The notes: generated by a model not told the origin, from the letters alone. A stretch of 32,000 bases of DNA from Methanococcus maripaludis (GCF_002945325.1 NZ_CP026606.1:1260001-1292000); one strand, 5' to 3'. Counted from the stretch's first letter, positions 9,720-19,094 are shown. Program-made: numbers and translations.

Positions 9720-10358
9720 TCACCAGCAGTGTACAATCATGCAGTCTTTTTTTATAGAATATATTGGGGGAACTTCCTCTTTGGGAAATATTTGAAGTAC
9801 TGTTTTATTATTTAGTACTTTAGATACCTTATTTTCGAGCCTTCGAATGTCTGAACAGTCTAATTGTATAAGTACGGTTTTTTTATCGAGGTGTAATCCC
9901 CTAATATTCATTCTACCTCTAAAAAAATCAACTTCTTCAATGTCCATGACACTGAGTCGTTTTTTAATTTCTTCAGTAAAATATTTTATATCTATAATGT
10001 ATACAGGATGTCCTTCGATATATCTTTTACAGAAGATATCGCTTTTTGACGTTAAATCCTGGATAAATTCGACAATAGCACTTTCAAGTTTTGTGAGTGA
10101 AAGTACGTCTAATAAATATAAAATAGGATTTTCTTTATCCCAAAAATTAGTACATTTAAGCATTCCAAGTGTTATTGCGGCAGCATGTGCTTCCCCAATT
10201 TCTCTTTTCCCTTTTTCAAGCATACTCAAGTGAGATTGGCTAACCCCACTTTCTTCAGCAAGTTTGGACTGGGTTATCTTGAGTTTTTCACGAAATACTT
10301 TTATATTTTCGGGATTGAGCAGAATAGCTCGTTCTATGATTTTTAATTTATCGTACAT
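9720..10358 (-). CDS. XRE/Cro-family HTH transcriptional regulator, apparent first gene of the eha transcription unit
   Basis: N-terminal FREKLKITQSKLAEESGVSQSHLSMLEKGKREIG is a classic HTH_3 motif; 5 nt or less from ehaA. Confidence 0.85.
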   Translation of the reverse strand: MYDKLKIIERAILLNPENIKVFREKLKITQSKLAEESGVSQSHLSMLEKGKREIGEAHAAAITLGMLKCTNFWDKENPILYLLDVLSLTKLESAIVEFIQDLTSKSDIFCKRYIEGHPVYIIDIKYFTEEIKKRLSVMDIEEVDFFRGRMNIRGLHLDKKTVLIQLDCSDIRRLENKVSKVLNNKTVLQIFPKEEVPPIYSIKKDCMIVHCW

Positions 10359-10429
10359 TCTACCACTTTTTGAGGCAATCGGATCGAAAAATTATTTCCT
10401 ATGAATAACATTATTCTGGGCGGATTTTG

Positions 10430-10440
10430 TATATATAATT
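10430..10440 (-). promoter_or_regulatory. Candidate TATA box for the HTH-eha operon
   Basis: Minus-strand aaattatatataca about 75 nt upstream of the HTH ATG. Confidence 0.4.
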
Positions 10441-10541
10441 TTTTACTTGAATCAAGCCAAAAATTATTACGTATTTTATCAGAATATTTTTTTATCCTAT
10501 AAGCGAGTAAATGTAAAAAATATTAAAATCAGGTGAGAAAC

Positions 10542-11114
10542 ATGGAAAAACAATGCAATGTAATGGACTGCCCGATATGCGGAAAAGAGGATTCATTAAA
10601 ATTAATCACTCAGGAACTCGAAATCCCTTATTTTGGAAAGGTTATTGAAACAACCATATTATGCGAGGCTTGCAAATACAAAAAAAGCGATATTTTCCCG
10701 GTAGATGTAAAAGAGCCTAAAAGATATACCTTAACGGTTGAAGATGAATACGATTTAAATAAACGGGTTATAAGAGGTTCATCAGGTCACATTTCAATAC
10801 CTGAATTTGGATTTGAAGTGTCCCCTGGTCCTGCATCCGAAGCATACGTTTCAAATGTTGAAGGCGTGTTGACAAGAATGGAAGATGCGATTAAAACATT
10901 GAAGTCTTGGGTTGAAAATGAAGATGAAAGGAAAAAAGCAGATGAGTTAATTGAAAAATTAGAAGAAGTAAAACTTGGAAAAGAAAAAATAACATTAATT
11001 ATTGAAGACCCGCTTGGACACAGCGCAATAATCGGAGATGGGGTAAAAGAAGAGCTTTTAACAGAAGACGAGATAGCACTGTTAAGTGACAATACTATAA
11101 TTATGGATAAATAA
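10542..11114 (+). CDS. ZPR1-like zinc-finger protein
   Basis: CPICGKEDSLKLITQELEIPYFGKVIETTILCEAC matches ZPR1 zinc-finger architecture. RBS aggtgagaaac supports the ATG at 10542 over the GTG at 10533. Confidence 0.85.
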   Translation: MEKQCNVMDCPICGKEDSLKLITQELEIPYFGKVIETTILCEACKYKKSDIFPVDVKEPKRYTLTVEDEYDLNKRVIRGSSGHISIPEFGFEVSPGPASEAYVSNVEGVLTRMEDAIKTLKSWVENEDERKKADELIEKLEEVKLGKEKITLIIEDPLGHSAIIGDGVKEELLTEDEIALLSDNTIIMDK

Positions 11115-11150
11115 TTTTAAAAAAATAAAACTTTTTTTATTTAATTAACT
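11115..11150. terminator. Bidirectional AT-rich terminator-like region between convergent genes
   Basis: ataattttaaaaaaataaaactttttttatttaattaac: A-tract then T-tract in the short convergent gap. Confidence 0.45.
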
Positions 11151-11153
11151 AAT

Positions 11154-11723
11154 TTATTCTTTAAATTCAAATCCACATTTTTTACAGAAGTTTTTCAAAA
11201 TAATGTCACCATATTCGGTGTGTGACACTTCAGGGTGGAATTGAACACCATAAATTGATTTTTCTTTGTGTTTTATTGATTCTACTCCGCAAATGTCAGA
11301 GTATGCTAAAACTTCAAAGCAGTCAGGTGTTACTTTAACTTCATCCATGTGGGAAGCCCATGCAGTAAATTCACTGGGGACTCCTTTGAAGAGGTCGTTT
11401 TCTTCTTTTACATAAATTTTAATACTTGCATATTCTTCTGAATCTGCTCTTGAAACCGCTCCACCATATGCTTTTGAAATTAACTGGTGTCCGAGGCAAA
11501 TTCCAAGAACTGGAAGTTCTGAATTTAATGCAATATTTTCGCAGTTTGTAGCTTTTGTAATATCTGGGCCACCGCTTAATATTATTCCTTTTATTTCGGG
11601 ATTTGCAGCAATTTCTTCAAGAGTGGTTGAATTTGGAACTATTTTTGCAGGTACATCAAGGTACTTTAAACTTCTCTGTATCCTGTGTACGTACTGCCCA
11701 CCGTTGTTTAAAATGACGATCAT
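11154..11723 (-). CDS. guaAA: GMP synthase glutaminase (GATase) subunit A, archaeal split type
   Basis: Class I GATase motifs PVLGICLGHQLI, GVQFHPEVSHTEYG. ATG at 11723 (MIVILNNGGQ) preceded by aaaggtggagt RBS. Confidence 0.9.
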   Translation of the reverse strand: MIVILNNGGQYVHRIQRSLKYLDVPAKIVPNSTTLEEIAANPEIKGIILSGGPDITKATNCENIALNSELPVLGICLGHQLISKAYGGAVSRADSEEYASIKIYVKEENDLFKGVPSEFTAWASHMDEVKVTPDCFEVLAYSDICGVESIKHKEKSIYGVQFHPEVSHTEYGDIILKNFCKKCGFEFKE

Positions 11724-11742
11724 AACTCCACCTTTCATTTAA

Positions 11743-12630
11743 TTATTTTGTAGTGATTTCAACACCATTCTCGGTAACTAAGACTGTATGTTCACACTGG
11801 GAAACCATTCCATGTTCTCTTTCAACCAGTGTTGGGTATCCATATAGAACTCCTGCCATCATTAAGCCTTTTAAGCCGGTTTTATAATGTTTATCGATTT
11901 TTGCCATGTCTCTTTCTGAAAATGGTAGATATGCATGGTTTTGTTCGATATCTCTTAATAAGTTTCTTGCAGCCGGAAGTCTTGTTGGTCTTGATCTTAG
12001 ATATTTAAAGATATATACGTCTTTTCCATCTACAACCTGCCCAAACCCATCTGTTGCAAACGGTTCAATTGCAACGAGGTCGCCAACATCGATGGTATCT
12101 CTTGTATTTTCGGAAACATTTGGAATACTTACTCCAGAGTGGAGTGAATATTGGTGCATTACATGTCCTGAAAGATTTGAAACTGGCTTGTAGCCGTAAC
12201 TTTCAATTACTTCCTGAATTATTTTTCCCATTTCCCCAACATTCATTTCAGGCATGATTTCTTTAATTACAGTATTTAGCGCATCTTCTGAAGCTTTTTT
12301 TAAGTCAGAATATTTTCCAGATAAATCTATAGTTACTGCAGTGTCTGCAATAAATCCATCTACGTGTGATCCAAGGTCTAATTTTACAACGTCTTCCTCG
12401 GAAAAAACCGATTCATCGCCATATGAAGGGCTGTAGTGTGCTGCAATGTCGTTCAATGAAATATTGCATGGAAATCCAATACCTGCACCGAGTTCTCTTG
12501 TCCTGTTTTCTACAAATTCTGCAACATCGTAGAGTTTTGCGCCAGGTTTTACTAATTTTACTGCTTCTTCTTTAACTTGGGATGCAATTTTTCCAGCTTC
12601 AATAATTTTACTGTATTCTTTATCATTCAT
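11743..12630 (-). CDS. map: Methionine aminopeptidase type II
   Basis: Metal-ligand motifs KLDLGSHVDGFIADTAVTI, GHVMHQYSLH, AIEPFATDG, EHTVLVTENG. Start likely 12630 (MNDKEYSK) rather than 12660. Confidence 0.9.
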   Translation of the reverse strand: MNDKEYSKIIEAGKIASQVKEEAVKLVKPGAKLYDVAEFVENRTRELGAGIGFPCNISLNDIAAHYSPSYGDESVFSEEDVVKLDLGSHVDGFIADTAVTIDLSGKYSDLKKASEDALNTVIKEIMPEMNVGEMGKIIQEVIESYGYKPVSNLSGHVMHQYSLHSGVSIPNVSENTRDTIDVGDLVAIEPFATDGFGQVVDGKDVYIFKYLRSRPTRLPAARNLLRDIEQNHAYLPFSERDMAKIDKHYKTGLKGLMMAGVLYGYPTLVEREHGMVSQCEHTVLVTENGVEITTK

Positions 12631-12640
12631 TTTATCTACC

Positions 12641-13750
12641 TTAAAGTGATCTTCTAACAACGATCGTCAATATATCTCCGTCTTTTAGCACGTGGTCTAA
12701 TCCTACTCTTTGACCAGGGTGTTTTGCAGATTCTCCCCATACAAGTGCATATCTGAAATTTTTAACAAAATCCCTGTGAAGCCTGTTACAAACATCTTCA
12801 ACAGTTGAGTTTTTGAGAATAATTAATGGTTCATCAAGGTCTGCTTTTCCGCCCTGAGGTTTTAAGTATAATTTGATAAATCCTAAAGTTTCAAAGATTT
12901 TGTCTTTTAATTCTTCAAGATTTATTTCTTTATGCCCTGAAACAAATACGTGTGGCCTATCTCCAATTGCAGCTTCTGTTTTTTTCAGATTTTCTTCGTC
13001 TGCAAGGTCGATTTTGTTCACAATAACAAGTGTTGGAATGTAGGATCTGCTGTCTAGCACTACATCGATTAACTGGTCAGCATCAATGTCTTCTCTTATT
13101 AGAATAGCTGCATTGTGGATTCTGTGTTCTCCAACTATCGCAGTTATTGTGCCTTCATCTATTTTTGTTAAGTTAACGGTTTTGTTGATTGCAAGTCCAC
13201 CACGATCGTGTTTTTCAATTTTTACGTCTGGTTTTTCCTGGTCAAGCCTTATACCTACATTTCCAAGCTCTTTTTCAAGTATAGGTATATGCTCTGGTGA
13301 AAATACATCCACAACGAGCATTACAAGGTCCACGTTTCTAACGGCTGCTAAAACCTCGCTACCCCTACCTCTACCAAAAGAAGCTCCAGAAATAATACCT
13401 GGTGCATCCAACACTTGAATTTTAGCACCTTTATGTTCCATTAACCCAGGAATAATTGTAAGAGTGGTAAATGCGTAAGCTCCAACTTCTGAATTTGCAT
13501 TTGTAAGTTTATTCAAAAGTGTTGACTTACCAACTGATGGAAATCCAACGAAAGCAACTGTCGCGTCCCCTGTTTTTCTAATTGCATATGAAGGTCCACT
13601 GGATCCACCTGATCCTTTTGGGTTTTGCTGTTCGTCCCTTAATTTAGCAAGTTTTGCTTTTAATATACCCACGTGTTTTTGGGTGGCTTTATTATACTGG
13701 GTATGTAATAGTTCATCTTCTAATTTCTTGATATCTTCCTGTATTCCCAT
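12641..13750 (-). CDS. DRG/OBG-family GTP-binding protein with C-terminal TGS domain
   Basis: GFPSVGKSTLLNKL, TLTIIPGLMEHKGAKIQVLDAPG, NKIDL, and C-terminal TGS-like region. Start 13750 supported by gtgagatt RBS. Confidence 0.9.
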   Translation of the reverse strand: MGIQEDIKKLEDELLHTQYNKATQKHVGILKAKLAKLRDEQQNPKGSGGSSGPSYAIRKTGDATVAFVGFPSVGKSTLLNKLTNANSEVGAYAFTTLTIIPGLMEHKGAKIQVLDAPGIISGASFGRGRGSEVLAAVRNVDLVMLVVDVFSPEHIPILEKELGNVGIRLDQEKPDVKIEKHDRGGLAINKTVNLTKIDEGTITAIVGEHRIHNAAILIREDIDADQLIDVVLDSRSYIPTLVIVNKIDLADEENLKKTEAAIGDRPHVFVSGHKEINLEELKDKIFETLGFIKLYLKPQGGKADLDEPLIILKNSTVEDVCNRLHRDFVKNFRYALVWGESAKHPGQRVGLDHVLKDGDILTIVVRRSL

Positions 13751-13945
13751 AATCTCACAACGCATAAAGCTGTAAATTGGATAAATCGATGAAAAATGTT
13801 TTAATTACAAAATTAAAAAAGAAAATTGTGTTTTATTTGTTTTCAAGTCTCAAAATATCACTTTAGTTATTCACTAATAGTGATATAAGGTATATAAAAT
13901 TAACTATAGTGGCTTTTGACCAATTTATTTCGTTTAGTATAATGA

Positions 13946-14233
13946 TTAATCTACAATTCCGCCCATAATAGATATCATTTCCCTTACTTTAGGATTTACA
14001 ATATAGTAGTGGTTCCAAGTTCCTTCTTTTCTAGCTTTAATGATTCCTGACTTCTTTAATATGTTTAAGTGGTGGGAAATTGTTGGTTGAGGTTTTTTCA
14101 ATTCATCAATAATTTTACAAACGCACATACTTTCATTATCACTTAAAAGCTCCAAAATCATCAATCTAGTAGGATCAGCAAACGCCTTAAAAACTTCAGC
14201 CATATATTCGTATTTGTATTCTTCTATAGCCAT
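13946..14233 (-). CDS. ArsR-family winged-helix transcriptional regulator
   Basis: FKAFADPTRLMILELLSDNESMCVCKIIDELKKPQPTISHHLNILKKSGII; CVC box at the ArsR/SmtB alpha-3 position. Confidence 0.9.
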   Translation of the reverse strand: MAIEEYKYEYMAEVFKAFADPTRLMILELLSDNESMCVCKIIDELKKPQPTISHHLNILKKSGIIKARKEGTWNHYYIVNPKVREMISIMGGIVD

Positions 14234-14343
14234 GATATCACCAAGTAACCATAATATAGTCTATTTATTGCAATATTTAAATATTTTGAGATACGAAAAA
14301 AGTCCATAATGCACGGTATGGGTCTTTATTCAAAAAATAAGAG

Positions 14344-15033
14344 TTATTTTTTTTCAATTTTGATTGAAATTGTTTCAGGGTTTTCCGTACCCTTCAGTGT
14401 TCCTACAATCCCTTTTATAGTGTTTTTTATAACGTCGGAAACAAATGGATTTACCGGGATTGTTTTGCCATCGACTATCAATGTTAGTGCTGTTGACATA
14501 ACACATTTGTTCCATTTAACTTCGCCTGAGGCCAACAGGTTTGCAAAACCTTTGCAGTTGTATCCGCAGTGACCGCAGTTTAGATTATACGATGGAACTA
14601 TAGCTTTTTCAAGAACTTGGGCTGTAACTTCATTTATATCGTATTTGAAGTCATCAATTACCATTATCGTCTGATTATCCTTTAATTCAGCGCCCCGTCC
14701 CCCTTCAGTTACAAGTATTTTTGGAATATTTAATTCGATCAAATCTTCCTTAAAGCCTTCTACGATAACCAGGTCGCAGTCGAGCTTTGCAAGGATGTCT
14801 TTCAAATGCATCCTGTCATAATAAAAGGCCGAACCTTTATTTGTAACAAAAATAGACGTATCTGCAAGCTGTTTTAGTTTATATGAATCAGTATCTGGGG
14901 AATCAACGTCTAAATCCATATGTGAATTTTTAACTGTCGCAACAGACATGCCAGTCAAGTTCTTGAGGATATTGGCTATTAGACCTGTTTTTCCAGTATC
15001 CTTTCTTCCGATTACACCTATTACTCTTATCAT
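14344..15033 (-). CDS. mobB: Molybdopterin-guanine dinucleotide biosynthesis protein B-like P-loop protein with C-terminal Cys cluster
   Basis: GRKDTGKTGLIANIL P-loop, VEGFK motif, C-terminal CGHCGYNC...KC segment. Confidence 0.8.
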   Translation of the reverse strand: MIRVIGVIGRKDTGKTGLIANILKNLTGMSVATVKNSHMDLDVDSPDTDSYKLKQLADTSIFVTNKGSAFYYDRMHLKDILAKLDCDLVIVEGFKEDLIELNIPKILVTEGGRGAELKDNQTIMVIDDFKYDINEVTAQVLEKAIVPSYNLNCGHCGYNCKGFANLLASGEVKWNKCVMSTALTLIVDGKTIPVNPFVSDVIKNTIKGIVGTLKGTENPETISIKIEKK

Positions 15034-15140
15034 ACCTTATCTATAATAGAATCTCATATATTTAAATGTTGCCATATAGAACGCATAGCTTAAAAGTTAT
15101 AAATAGTAATTAAACAATGCTTGAGTATAAGGTGATAATT

Positions 15141-16082
15141 ATGATTCCTGAACAAATACACAATATTTTGAGAAAACAGCGCTATCAAATAAAAGAACAC
15201 AGTGGCGTAAAACTCTGCGGATGGGTTAGAAAATCTTTTTTAGAAGGAAAAGAATGTTATAAATCAAAGTTTTATGGAATAAACACTCATCGATGTGTTC
15301 AGAGTACTCCTTCTGTTGCATGGTGCCAGCAATCTTGTATTTTCTGCTGGAGAGTTCTTCCAAAAGATTTAGGATTGGATTCTTTCGAATCTCCAAAATG
15401 GAAGGAACCTGAAACTGTTGCAGAAGATATCTTGGCTATGCACAAAACTGTTATAACAGGATACAAAGGAATTTTGGATAGAATTGGTGAAGAAAAATAT
15501 CTTGAAGCAACAAAACCAAAACACGTTGCACTATCTCTTTCCGGAGAGCCTACAATGTATCCATACCTCGATGAATTAATCGAAGTTTTCCATAAAAAAG
15601 GAATGTCCACATTTTTGGTTTCAAACGGGATATTAACAGATGTAATTGAAAAGGTAAATCCAACACAGCTCTATATTTCACTTGATGCATACGATTTAGA
15701 AAGCTACAAGAAAATATGTGGTGGAACAAAAGAAGATTGGGATTCTATATTAAATACACTTGATATTTTGGAATCAAAAAAACGAACCTGTATTAGAACT
15801 ACCGTTATTCGAAATATAAACGATAATATTTTGAAATTTAAGGAATTATTCGAGAGAGCAAATTCAAATTTCATCGAACTAAAATCTTACATGAATGTTG
15901 GATATTCAAGAAAAAGATTAAATTTGGATGACATGGTAAAACAGGTTGAACTTTTAGAGATGGGTAAAATTTTAGGTGAAAACAGCATATTTGAAATCGA
16001 AGACGATTCGCCTGAAAGCAGGGTTGTTTTACTTACCAATAAAAATAGAAAAATTAATCCAAAAATAGATTTTGGATTTTAA
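15141..16082 (+). CDS. taw1: S-adenosylmethionine-dependent tRNA 4-demethylwyosine synthase (Taw1/TYW1-like radical SAM)
   Basis: Radical-SAM motif CQQSCIFCWR; SLSGEPTMYPYLDEL; Taw1-type N-terminus (LRKQRYQ). RBS aaggtgataatt before the ATG at 15141. Confidence 0.9.
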   Translation: MIPEQIHNILRKQRYQIKEHSGVKLCGWVRKSFLEGKECYKSKFYGINTHRCVQSTPSVAWCQQSCIFCWRVLPKDLGLDSFESPKWKEPETVAEDILAMHKTVITGYKGILDRIGEEKYLEATKPKHVALSLSGEPTMYPYLDELIEVFHKKGMSTFLVSNGILTDVIEKVNPTQLYISLDAYDLESYKKICGGTKEDWDSILNTLDILESKKRTCIRTTVIRNINDNILKFKELFERANSNFIELKSYMNVGYSRKRLNLDDMVKQVELLEMGKILGENSIFEIEDDSPESRVVLLTNKNRKINPKIDFGF

Positions 16083-16083
16083 T

Positions 16084-17304
16084 TTAAGCACCATATTTTT
16101 TTGCAAGGCCCATGAGGTCCATTAAAATAGGCATTACATGTACTCCTTTTATCCAGTTCAATCCGCCTTTGTAGGTTGAAAATTCATCGAATTTTTCGAC
16201 ATCGTCAACCCTAACACTTTTTCCCCAGAGAACAACTGGAAGAGGGTCTGCAGAGTGGTCCATTTCTTCAATAGGTGTTGAGTGGTCTCCTGAGAGTACG
16301 AAATAAACTTCATCTTTGCTAATATTTTTTGTAATGTAATCTAACATTTCATCGATTTTTTCGATAACCTGTTTTTTAAGTTCGTAATTTCCGTCATGTC
16401 CAGCTTCATCTGCGCCTTTTACATTTACAAGTATAAATTCGTAATTTTCAAGGGTTTTTACAATTGCACAGGCTTTTGCCATAAAGTCAGAATCTGGGGT
16501 TCCATCGCATCCTTCAACATCAATTACGTCCAAACCAACCATTTTTGCAATTCCCTTGATAAGTCCGGTTCCTGCAATGCATGCTCCTTTGAGTCCAGTT
16601 TTTTCAGTAAACTGCATAATTTCTGGAACCTGTCCAACCCCTCTTGGAACTATCATGTTTGCAACAGGTAAATTCTGCTTTCTTCTTTCTTCATTTACAG
16701 GGTGTTTATCTAATTTTTCGTAAGCAATTTTTAACAAGTTATTTACTATTTCGGCAGTTTTTTTAGCTTCTTTTGAATCATCAAGAGGATGTATCTCTTT
16801 TACCTTTTTTCCTTCTTTTTTAGGGTCTGCATCGGTGATTTTATCACTTAATCCAGGTCCCCTCAAAACAAGTGCTGCTCTATATCCACCGGACTCTTTA
16901 AAAATAATTTCTACATCATCAATTTTTAGCCCGTCAAGTTCTTTTTCGAGTTCTGATGTATTTTCAATTCTTCCAGCTCTTCTGTCAGTTACGATAAAGT
17001 TTTCGTCAACTGATGAAAAATTGCACCTAAATGCAATGTCTCCGGATTTTACTGTAACACCAACACCACACGCTTCAAAAGGTCCCCTTCCGGTGTATGT
17101 TGTGTACGGGTCGTATCCTAAAAGAGCAAGGTGTGCAGTGTCACTTCCAGGCCTCACCCCAATATCAACGGAATTCATAAGTCCACAAATTCCTTCTTTA
17201 GCCATTCTGTCCATTACTGGAGTTTTAGCTTCTTTTAATGGAGTATTTCCATTCTTGTCGGGCCTATCTCCAAGTCCATCTACAACAAAAATAACCGCTT
17301 TCAT
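16084..17304 (-). CDS. apgM: 2,3-bisphosphoglycerate-independent phosphoglycerate mutase, archaeal type
   Basis: MKAVIFVVDGLGDRP, SVDIGVRPGSDTAHLALLGYDP, VLSGDHSTP metal-binding motifs. Confidence 0.93.
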   Translation of the reverse strand: MKAVIFVVDGLGDRPDKNGNTPLKEAKTPVMDRMAKEGICGLMNSVDIGVRPGSDTAHLALLGYDPYTTYTGRGPFEACGVGVTVKSGDIAFRCNFSSVDENFIVTDRRAGRIENTSELEKELDGLKIDDVEIIFKESGGYRAALVLRGPGLSDKITDADPKKEGKKVKEIHPLDDSKEAKKTAEIVNNLLKIAYEKLDKHPVNEERRKQNLPVANMIVPRGVGQVPEIMQFTEKTGLKGACIAGTGLIKGIAKMVGLDVIDVEGCDGTPDSDFMAKACAIVKTLENYEFILVNVKGADEAGHDGNYELKKQVIEKIDEMLDYITKNISKDEVYFVLSGDHSTPIEEMDHSADPLPVVLWGKSVRVDDVEKFDEFSTYKGGLNWIKGVHVMPILMDLMGLAKKYGA

Positions 17305-17455
17305 AGATTCACCAATCCGATAATTTTAGATGATATCTGCTATTGTTTAGTTTTTATTAATATTTTTGGGTTTTAAATTCAAGAAAAATTGATAAATGGG
17401 CAATAGCTTTAAATTTCGGTTGAAAAAAATAAAAAAAGATAGATTTGTAGGTTAA

Positions 17456-18904
17456 TTAGTAGAAATTTTGTGTTGCAATATAATACGTACCATCAAATGC
17501 AACGCCAATACCTATATTGGTGTATTGAGAGTTTAGAATGTTTGCTCTGTGGCCATCGCTGTCCATCCATGCATCCACGATAGCTTTTGCAATACTTTCA
17601 GCATCATCTGAAACATATCCAATTCCAATTACATTTCCGGTAGGCATTTTTGCAATATTTTCGCCAATTCCTGTGGAGTAATATCCATCTCCGAGGTATT
17701 TTACAACGTTGTAGTCTGCTGCAATGGCCCTATCGGTAGGAGTTTCCCCGTCCAAGTTTACATGGGAGAAATAATCATTTTCTGCCATGTCGTCACTGTG
17801 ATCTTGTGAAATCTGGCTTAATGCACTATCAAGTACTAACGCTTCAAGACCATATGAAGAGCGTTCCATGTTAGTATATTCAAGTATATATTGTTCAATC
17901 TGAGCGTTTTTATATACTACTGGTTCTTCTACTACTGGTTCTTCTACTACTGGTTCTTCTACTACTGGTTCTTCTACTACTGGTTCTTCTACTACTGGTT
18001 CTTCTACTACTGGTTCTTCTACTACTGGTTCTTCTACTACTGGTTCTTCTACTACTGGTTCTTCTACTACTGGTTCTTCTACTACTGGTTCTTCTACTAC
18101 TGGTTCTTCTACTACTGGTTCTTCTACTACTGGTTCTTCTACTACTGGTTCTTCTACTACTGGTTCTTCTACTACTGGTTCGGGGGTAGTTTTAATGATA
18201 TATAGCGATGTTTTTGGAGATTGCGTTATTTTTGAAGGTAAATAAACGTAATCTTCAGAAGAAGTGTCAGTATTATCTTCAGAAGAAGTGTCAGTATTAT
18301 CTTCAGAAGAAGTGTCAGTATTATCTTCAGAAGAAGTGTCAGTATTATCTTCAGAAGAAGTGTCAGTATTATCTTCAGAAGAAGTGTCAGTATTATCTTC
18401 AGAAGAAGTGTCAGTATTATCTTCAGAAGAAGTGTCAGTATTATCTTCAGAAGAAGTGTCAGTATTATCTTCAGAAGAAGTGTCAGTATTATCTTCAGAA
18501 GAAGTGTCAGTATTATCTTCAGAAGAAGTGTCAGTATTATCTTCAGAAGAAGTGTCAGTATTATCTTCAGAAGAAGTGTCAGTATTATCTTCAGAAGTGT
18601 CTACTGTAGTTACTGGGACATATCTTGATTCAAGCAAATCTATTTTTGAAGACGTTTTCTTTAATGGAGCATATGCTTTAACTTCAAAAGTTTTGTACCC
18701 CATATTATTTTTAAAAGGGCTGTTTAATTCGAAGAATAGATTGTGGTTATTATCAAATAAATTAGAATAGTTTTCGTTAAAATTTTGGTAAGTTACGTTT
18801 GAAAAAGTTGATTCACATCCATCAAAGCCACAATTTGCGCTAGTGACTGCCAATAAGGATAGTGTAATTAACGTTAATGTAAAAGCTTTAAACGGCCAAT
18901 CCAT
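17456..18904 (-). CDS. Secreted CAP/SCP-domain protein with two low-complexity tandem-repeat linkers
   Basis: N-terminal signal-like hydrophobic segment (FTLTLITLSLLAVTSA), (DNTDTSSE)n and (VVEEP)n blocks, C-terminal CAP domain (YTNMERSSYGLEAL...ISQDHSDDMAENDYFSHVN...GENIA...IVDAWMDSDGHRANILNSQYTNIGIGVAFDGTYYIATQNF). Confidence 0.88.
   Translation of the reverse strand: MDWPFKAFTLTLITLSLLAVTSANCGFDGCESTFSNVTYQNFNENYSNLFDNNHNLFFELNSPFKNNMGYKTFEVKAYAPLKKTSSKIDLLESRYVPVTTVDTSEDNTDTSSEDNTDTSSEDNTDTSSEDNTDTSSEDNTDTSSEDNTDTSSEDNTDTSSEDNTDTSSEDNTDTSSEDNTDTSSEDNTDTSSEDNTDTSSEDNTDTSSEDNTDTSSEDYVYLPSKITQSPKTSLYIIKTTPEPVVEEPVVEEPVVEEPVVEEPVVEEPVVEEPVVEEPVVEEPVVEEPVVEEPVVEEPVVEEPVVEEPVVEEPVVEEPVVEEPVVEEPVVYKNAQIEQYILEYTNMERSSYGLEALVLDSALSQISQDHSDDMAENDYFSHVNLDGETPTDRAIAADYNVVKYLGDGYYSTGIGENIAKMPTGNVIGIGYVSDDAESIAKAIVDAWMDSDGHRANILNSQYTNIGIGVAFDGTYYIATQNFY
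17915..18181 (-). repeat. Perfect 15-bp tandem repeat, about 17.8 copies (encodes VVEEP)
   Basis: Plus strand unit tactactggttcttc repeated without visible substitutions. Confidence 0.97.
18252..18594 (-). repeat. 24-bp tandem repeat, about 14 copies (encodes DNTDTSSE)
   Basis: Plus strand unit tcttcagaagaagtgtcagtatta repeated without visible internal substitutions. Confidence 0.97.
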
Positions 18905-19094
18905 TGTTTAGTCTCCATTATATATTTTTGAATATTGGGGGATTACCCGTTATTGAATATATAGGATCAATTTATATGGTTTTCTATAATTTTGACTTAA
19001 TATCGGCCGATTTTATCGTAATAAAAGAAAAATAGTTTTAGGATATTGTTTTTGATCCCAGATTGCTGAGATACTGTAATTATATTTAGATTAA

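Noticed and set aside
9847-10233. 128-aa plus-strand ORF antisense to the HTH regulator
   Set aside because: The sense-strand HTH motif is clear; this ORF has no recognisable features.
16835-17323. 162-aa plus-strand ORF antisense to apgM
   Set aside because: Shadow ORF of a gene with clear mutase motifs.
17915-18594. Regular repeats suggestive of a CRISPR array
   Set aside because: Units are directly contiguous with no unique spacers, and the repeats stay in frame within a clear CAP-domain ORF; no cas genes nearby.
17891-18770. Plus-strand ORFs 17891..18205, 18208..18609 and 18264..18770
   Set aside because: They are frame artefacts of stop-free tandem repeats on the antisense strand of the CAP-domain gene.
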